Of a stretch of 64,000 nucleotides of DNA, positions 58,637 to 64,000 are shown in pieces (position 1 is the stretch's first letter; each line of letters begins with the position of its first letter). Location of the stretch: the UHGV virus genome UHGV-0351052; one strand, written 5' to 3'. The position numbers and the translations under genes are program-made. Below the pieces are notes generated by a model. That model saw only the letters and a program-made list of their open reading frames with translations. It did no database searches and was not told where the DNA came from. This DNA comes from a virus.

Positions 58637-60319
58637 TTAAACCATTACAGTAAATCGACCGACTTTCTTCATTTGAAGATGCTGACCATATTCTTGTGGG
58701 TCATGGTCTTTATGCGAAATTATAAAAACATTAGTGTTTTTCATTGAATTTATAATATTAGCTACACCTTTAATACCTTCGGCATCAAATGACCCATCAA
58801 ACACTTCATCAAGAATTAATGTACTAATACTAACACCAGATACGATAGAAGCAATATCACGCCAAGTAAATAAAAGAGCAATATCAATTCGTGCCTTTTC
58901 ACCTTCACTAAATGAAGCATAACTAAAATCTTCACGACCACGGGATTTAATTGTCTCATTAAATTCTTCATCTAATGTAAACACATAATCCGCTTCCATT
59001 ATTTTAAGATAATGGTTAATCTGCTTATTAAATAATGGAATGTACTTTTTAATAATAGCACCTTTAATACCAGAATCTTTGAGCATATCAGTCAAAATTC
59101 CTCGGTGGTATTTTTCCATTACTAAATTAGTTTTTGTCTTAACAATTTTATCAAGTTCTTCTTGAAGCAGTGCTATTTCATCAGCATGGTCAATAAACTC
59201 AGAAGATGCTTTTTCTATAGCCGCTTTAACCTTTTTGGCTTTATCTACCGTCGTGATTAGAGATTGCTTTTTATTGCGAATATCATTTGCCAACGACTGT
59301 TGGGTTTTAATATTATCTCGGTATTCATCAACAAGAACTTTTAAATTATCACGATGTGTTGAAAGCTGTTCAAATGAATGTGTGCATTCAGAAACTTTAT
59401 CTTTAATTTTAGAAACAACTTTATCACCGGAACTTAATTGTGACAAACAGGTTGGGCATAATCCACCTTCGTGATACATATTAATGACTTTATTATACGA
59501 GTCAATTTTTGATTTAATTAAAAATGCTTCTTGACCGATTTTATTAAATGCATCAGTCGGGTCTTCATCTAAAACAATATTAACTAATCTTTCATTAGCT
59601 TCTTCTATTTCCGATTTTAGCGTTCTAGCTTCTTTTGCCAAATCATCATACATATTTTGTAGACGAGTAAGGTTGTCACCAGTTAATTTTTTCTGGCGTT
59701 CAACGTTATCATTATATATTTTAATTTGTTGGATAATACTATCTTTTTTAACATCAAGCACTTGGTTCTGCGAATTTAATTCACGTATTAGTGCTTTATT
59801 AAGCTTATCCATTTCAGCTAATGTTCCTACCTCAAGCAGGTCTTCCACAAGCTTTCTTCGCGCAGGGGTCGACAAACCCATGAAAGGGGTATACCCTGCT
59901 GTACCAAGGACAACAATCTGCTTGAAACTGGCATATGACATTCCGATAAGCTGTTCAAATTCTGCTTGGAAATCTTTACTGCTGGCAGATTCATTAAGAC
60001 GTGTACCGTTAACGGTGATTTCGAAAACGTTCGGTTTTTGTCCTCTTTTGATATAGTACTTTTTCTCATCATATTCCATCCACAGTTCAACTAAAAGTTC
60101 TTTCTTATTTGTGCTGTTTATTAATTGGCCTTTCTTTACATCACGGAATGGTTTGCCAAAAAGCCCAAATGTGATGGCTTCTAGCATAGTAGACTTACCA
60201 CCGCCATTTCGGCCAGTAATAAGAGTTTTTTGAACCTTATCTAATTGAATGTCAATCCCATTTTGACCAACTGACATTATATTTTTATATTTTACTCTAT
60301 TAAGTTTAAAATTCTTCAC
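58637..60319 (-). CDS. 46: recombination nuclease subunit gp46 (Rad50/SbcC-like, 560 aa)
   Basis: Walker A GRNGGGKST, central coiled coil with CPTC zinc hook, C-terminal signature region. Confidence 0.9.
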   Translation of the reverse strand: MKNFKLNRVKYKNIMSVGQNGIDIQLDKVQKTLITGRNGGGKSTMLEAITFGLFGKPFRDVKKGQLINSTNKKELLVELWMEYDEKKYYIKRGQKPNVFEITVNGTRLNESASSKDFQAEFEQLIGMSYASFKQIVVLGTAGYTPFMGLSTPARRKLVEDLLEVGTLAEMDKLNKALIRELNSQNQVLDVKKDSIIQQIKIYNDNVERQKKLTGDNLTRLQNMYDDLAKEARTLKSEIEEANERLVNIVLDEDPTDAFNKIGQEAFLIKSKIDSYNKVINMYHEGGLCPTCLSQLSSGDKVVSKIKDKVSECTHSFEQLSTHRDNLKVLVDEYRDNIKTQQSLANDIRNKKQSLITTVDKAKKVKAAIEKASSEFIDHADEIALLQEELDKIVKTKTNLVMEKYHRGILTDMLKDSGIKGAIIKKYIPLFNKQINHYLKIMEADYVFTLDEEFNETIKSRGREDFSYASFSEGEKARIDIALLFTWRDIASIVSGVSISTLILDEVFDGSFDAEGIKGVANIINSMKNTNVFIISHKDHDPQEYGQHLQMKKVGRFTVMV

Positions 60320-60579
60320 AAAAGATTCCTTTTAATGTATCTTTTAGACCATTCTATCATATCATCATAATCTAAAAAGTATTCATCAAATTCAGCCATG
60401 CAAACAACACCTTGTGCTGCTTTTGATGTGATATAAATTATTCCAACATATCTAGAATCTTCTTCGGTATAATCAATATTTGCTATAAATTCATCATTAA
60501 TGTCAAATGTCGAAAACTTCACAGTATGCATCCTTAATACAAGATACAGCCATATCTCGCAATGATTTAGGTGTGTCAT
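60316..60579 (-). CDS. hypothetical protein (up to 87 aa; start uncertain)
   Basis: ORF track; overlaps next ORF by 77 nt at full length. Confidence 0.4.
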   Translation of the reverse strand: MTHLNHCEIWLYLVLRMHTVKFSTFDINDEFIANIDYTEEDSRYVGIIYITSKAAQGVVCMAEFDEYFLDYDDMIEWSKRYIKRNLL

Positions 60580-60766
60580 TATCTAAAATGTTAAAGTTAA
60601 AAGATACAGCCCAGTCAGTGCAGACCGTAACCTTTTTAATACAATTATCTTCAACTTCTAGCGGTTCAAACCAGTATTCAATAATTTCTTTATGCCCAAT
60701 ATCATCTTTTACTTCGCATTCAAAATGCTGACTCATCATAACATTTTTAAATTCATCAAAAGTCAT
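60503..60766 (-). CDS. hypothetical protein (87 aa)
   Basis: ORF track; ATGA overlap with gene 47 stop. Confidence 0.45.
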   Translation of the reverse strand: MTFDEFKNVMMSQHFECEVKDDIGHKEIIEYWFEPLEVEDNCIKKVTVCTDWAVSFNFNILDNDTPKSLRDMAVSCIKDAYCEVFDI

Positions 60767-61782
60767 TGTGTTGCCTCTACATATAGCTGGTTTGCATATT
60801 GAATAAGTGCTTCACGGTCAGAATCAGTGATGTCTGGAATTGCATTAATGTATTCTTCCATCAACGTCTGAAGAGATTGAACTTCAACCTCTTCGCTGTC
60901 ATCTGACTCGACAGAGTTATCAATCTTTGACACAACTCGTAACGAATGCACAACTTTCTCTAGTTCAGATTCGAACTTCGTCAGATTTTTGTCTACTTCA
61001 GTTACTATAACACGTACTGATAGATTTGTAAAATCTTTATAGTCAATTTTTCCTTTAAATGGATAATGAATTCTACGATGCCAGGTAGTATTGTTTGGAA
61101 TAAATTCCATTCGTTCTGTTTCTGTATCAAACATCCAGAACCCACGAGGGTCATTCTCGTCACCTGCAGTTAGTGTCCATGGTGTCCCAATATATCTGAC
61201 GTTTGCAGCCTCAGAAATAGTATGGAAGTGACCAGACCACACTTCTTTATAAGTCTTAAGGAAATCAGGTTCAAGACCGTGAGATTTCATTCCTTTATAA
61301 AAATAAAATCCATTCAGTTCCCAGTGACCGACACAAAAAGAAGCAGATGAAGTTTTGATATGCTCAAGAATTTCACCAGTATTTTCTTCGCACATCCAAG
61401 GAATCAAATCAATCAAACATCCGTCAAAATCTACTGTAGTAGGCTTATCATATACTTTAACATTAGGATATTTAGCCAAAAGCTCAGTAGAGGCATTTGG
61501 ATGCATTACATTTTTATAGTGGAGATCGTGATTTCCTACAATAGTATGTAATGTAATTCCAGCATCATCAAGCGTTTGAACTATTTCACGGGCAAACTCC
61601 ATAGTTTTATGTGTGATCGCTTTTCGCACATCAAAAATATCACCGTATTGAATCCAGGTAGTAATTCCATTTTTCTTAGAATATTCTATTGCTTGTTTAA
61701 TTCCATCAATTTGAATACCGCGAATCCACTCATCATCAGCTTTAACGCCTAAATGCCAATCACCTAAATTTAAAATTTTCAT
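60763..61782 (-). CDS. 47: recombination nuclease subunit gp47 (Mre11/SbcD-like, 339 aa)
   Basis: Calcineurin-like phosphoesterase motifs (LGDWH, GNHD); length equals T4 gp47. Confidence 0.9.
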   Translation of the reverse strand: MKILNLGDWHLGVKADDEWIRGIQIDGIKQAIEYSKKNGITTWIQYGDIFDVRKAITHKTMEFAREIVQTLDDAGITLHTIVGNHDLHYKNVMHPNASTELLAKYPNVKVYDKPTTVDFDGCLIDLIPWMCEENTGEILEHIKTSSASFCVGHWELNGFYFYKGMKSHGLEPDFLKTYKEVWSGHFHTISEAANVRYIGTPWTLTAGDENDPRGFWMFDTETERMEFIPNNTTWHRRIHYPFKGKIDYKDFTNLSVRVIVTEVDKNLTKFESELEKVVHSLRVVSKIDNSVESDDSEEVEVQSLQTLMEEYINAIPDITDSDREALIQYANQLYVEATQ

Positions 61783-61919
61783 ATATCAAGAACCGTCATT
61801 GAAATGCAAAATAAAATTATTGAAATAAATCCATCTGGAGTGCTAAAGAACCCAATCCAACATGCTCTAGTGAATAGATAAAATGCAAGAAAAAGTATCA
61901 CATATCCAAGAAATATCAT
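61779..61919 (-). CDS. small membrane protein (46 aa), below ORF-track cutoff
   Basis: Manual read: MIFLGYVILFLAFYLFTRACWIGFFSTPDGFISIILFCISMTVLDI. Confidence 0.3.
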   Translation of the reverse strand: MIFLGYVILFLAFYLFTRACWIGFFSTPDGFISIILFCISMTVLDI

Positions 61920-61942
61920 TATATCAAACTCCGCATAAAGCT

Positions 61943-61960
61943 AAAGGGCCGAAGCCCTTT
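61943..61960 (-). terminator. hairpin AAAGGGC-CGAA-GCCCTTT immediately after a-gt
   Basis: Same UUCG-loop hairpin family; overlaps the a-gt stop codon. Confidence 0.45.
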
Positions 61961-63161
61961 ATTTTGTAATAATGTCAAACTGTTCTTTAAAGCAGAAGCT
62001 TGAATCTTGATGCTGATACAAAAATTCATATGCTTTTTCTCGCTCACGGTCATAAAGAGCTCGGTCAGATGACAATTCTTTAATACGTTCAAATGTTGAT
62101 TCCATGTCATTTTCATCAAACCAAATGATACCACTATCATGTGAGGTCAAAGGAGTATTATCAACACGGAATTTTAAATTATCACCCGTTGATTTCCAGA
62201 AAACAGGAATTGTTCCACATGCACCAAGCTCGAGATGAGTATATTCGAGTGAGCGTTGTAAGTATTTTTGGTTAAGTTTACTCAACTGATATCCAAAGCC
62301 AGATTTACTCATTCGTTCAAGCATTTCACTATTAATATAACAATCTAGGATTTGTGCCGGTTGATTCGGCGTGAGATTCATTTTATCAATCTCACGATTA
62401 CCATAATATTCATACGGAATACCTTTTTCCTTAATTGCAATAAAAGCAGGGGAACGTTCAAGACCTTCCATTACAGTGGATTTACCAGCAGGTTTTAAGA
62501 ATTTTTCGTGAAAATCAAACATCTGATAAAAACCTTTCCATGTAGTCGTACGACCAATCCAACGGTTGATGTTCATGTTAATTTCAGAAACATCTTTCCA
62601 ATAAGTTGACCGAACCTTCACAATATCCATAGGAGGCTGAAAATTATATACTGTTGGTGCTTCTTCAATATCATCAAACAGAGAAACAGTTTCTGGATAC
62701 CATTCTTTCATCAGAACTTTATTAAAATCACCATTATCAGAATGGCTAAAAATAACGTCAGCTCGACGAACAGTTTCTTCTAATCCCAAATTTCGACGCA
62801 AAGAAAGAACAGAATGATCATGCTGATAAACTACAACACGAATAGAAGGTTTAATATTATCTAAAAGTTTTTTATAGTTATTAATCGTGGCTTCTTGAAC
62901 GGAAGTAGCAGGAACAGAATTAATAATTAGAATATCACAATCATTTACCAGCTTAAGTGCTTTATCGTATTCTTTAGCTAAAATAACTGGAATTGAAAAT
63001 GATTTGTGGTCATGAGAACTTGTACGAGTAAATGATTTATCTTTAGCATAAACCAAAGTTACTTCATGACCATTTTTAATAAACCAATCACGCTGCTCAA
63101 GAGAAAATTTAGTTACACCGCAACCTTCAAGACCCCGAGCCAGAAAAATGCATACTTTCAT
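61959..63161 (-). CDS. a-gt: DNA alpha-glucosyltransferase (400 aa)
   Basis: Length and sequence match remembered T4 alpha-gt (GT-B fold). Confidence 0.85.
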   Translation of the reverse strand: MKVCIFLARGLEGCGVTKFSLEQRDWFIKNGHEVTLVYAKDKSFTRTSSHDHKSFSIPVILAKEYDKALKLVNDCDILIINSVPATSVQEATINNYKKLLDNIKPSIRVVVYQHDHSVLSLRRNLGLEETVRRADVIFSHSDNGDFNKVLMKEWYPETVSLFDDIEEAPTVYNFQPPMDIVKVRSTYWKDVSEINMNINRWIGRTTTWKGFYQMFDFHEKFLKPAGKSTVMEGLERSPAFIAIKEKGIPYEYYGNREIDKMNLTPNQPAQILDCYINSEMLERMSKSGFGYQLSKLNQKYLQRSLEYTHLELGACGTIPVFWKSTGDNLKFRVDNTPLTSHDSGIIWFDENDMESTFERIKELSSDRALYDREREKAYEFLYQHQDSSFCFKEQFDIITK

Positions 63162-63213
63162 TTAATATCCTCTTTGTTTTGGTTTATTTTATCAAAAAAT
63201 TTATAAAGCAATA

Positions 63214-63232
63214 TAGGAGCCGAAGCTCCTAT
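63214..63232 (-). terminator. hairpin TAGGAGC-CGAA-GCTCCTA upstream of a-gt
   Basis: 7-bp stem with UUCG loop on minus RNA; T-rich flank. Confidence 0.45.
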
Positions 63233-63406
63233 CCGCATAATACGCCATACAGAGGCTCATTAGAACTTTTAAATTTTTATGCGCTTATATGTTATAGTTC
63301 CTTCTGCTTTAGCTTTATCGTAAGACTCTTTAAAGCGTCTCATCATTTCCTCTTTAGAGAAACGAATTTTATTATAATCTATTTCAGAAGTCTGGGTGTT
63401 CATCTT

Positions 63407-63613
63407 TCATAACTGCCACCATTTTTTGACTTGATAAGAATCAACCCACACTTTCATATTAGGGTCTGCTCTTACAATAGGAGGATTAACTTCTTTAATT
63501 GAACTATCATGGTATTCTTTTTCAGAAATTTTCACACAAAGATGACCATTTAAAGATTCAGTAAATCCTGCATTAATTTTAAGACGCTTGAATTTTACGT
63601 GTGTAAGCATCAA
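63407..63613 (-). CDS. hypothetical protein (68 aa)
   Basis: ORF track. Confidence 0.35.
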   Translation of the reverse strand: MMLTHVKFKRLKINAGFTESLNGHLCVKISEKEYHDSSIKEVNPPIVRADPNMKVWVDSYQVKKWWQL

Positions 63614-63896
63614 TCATATCCTCAATCTGCGATCTAGTAGTCTTCCAAAGAATACTGATGAGTTCATCGTTATATGGCTGTTTCAGAATATCCCGACTTT
63701 TCTTGATAGCATATTCGTATTGAGCAAAATTATTATTTTCAGCTGCGATCTGAGCGTGCTTATAAAGACGATTCAGTTCGCGTTTGTTTTTAGACAATAA
63801 CTTATTTGCTTTTCTTTCTGCTTCAAGACGGTTCTTTTCTTCAATAGAAGAAATAAGCTTTTCCACTTCATCATTAATTTCGGGTTTATCAGTCAT
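63579..63896 (-). CDS. hypothetical protein (105 aa)
   Basis: ORF track; predicted helical, charged protein. Confidence 0.45.
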   Translation of the reverse strand: MTDKPEINDEVEKLISSIEEKNRLEAERKANKLLSKNKRELNRLYKHAQIAAENNNFAQYEYAIKKSRDILKQPYNDELISILWKTTRSQIEDMIDAYTRKIQAS

Positions 63897-64000
63897 ATTA
63901 TTTCTCTAATATAAAATAAAAATCATCATCTGTTAAATGATACCGATAGTTTAATTCTACACCATTAGATTTAAAAGCGGTATCATACGGATTTTCTGGA

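Noticed and set aside
61919-62140. Minus-strand 73-aa ORF
   Set aside because: Lies inside a-gt in a different frame; the real small gene in the 47/a-gt gap is the 46-codon ORF at 61779-61919.

Overview
This window is a T4-like (T-even, Tequatrovirus-type) phage genome segment. Gene content and order follow the T4 map across the rIIA/rIIB origin: td (with group I intron), frd, 32, 59, 33, dsbA, rnh on the minus strand; late tail-fibre genes 34-35-36-37-38 and holin t on the plus strand; then minus-strand early/middle genes asiA, arn, motA, 52, ac, stp, ndd, denB, rIIB, rIIA, 60 (with the 50-nt translational bypass), mobA, 39, dexA, dda, modA, modB, soc, 56, dam, 61, sp, dmd, 41, 40, uvsX, 42, imm, 43, regA, 62, 44, 45, rpbA, 46, 47, a-gt. 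Assignments rest on reading the supplied translations against remembered T4 proteins and sizes; no database search was run, and starts were corrected where the ORF track began at a GTG/TTG. The phage is not T4 itself. It differs by a td intron whose I-TevI ORF is collapsed to 55 codons, a T2-type distal fibre module (gp37 with a C-terminal self-cleaving chaperone domain plus a 260-aa glycine-rich gp38 adhesin), a 282-aa DXD-motif glycosyltransferase where T4 has beta-gt, an extra 73-codon ORF between regA and the gene 43 operator, a homing-endonuclease-like ORF antisense to td at the left edge, and apparent absence of segG and segF. No tRNA, rRNA, CRISPR array or integrase was seen. I found no convincing evidence of an entirely new multi-gene system; the best candidates for unexplored biology are the glycosyltransferase swap, the regA-43 insert, a plus-strand small membrane protein gene between dam and 61, and a Cys/Ser-rich small protein in the mrh-soc plastic region.
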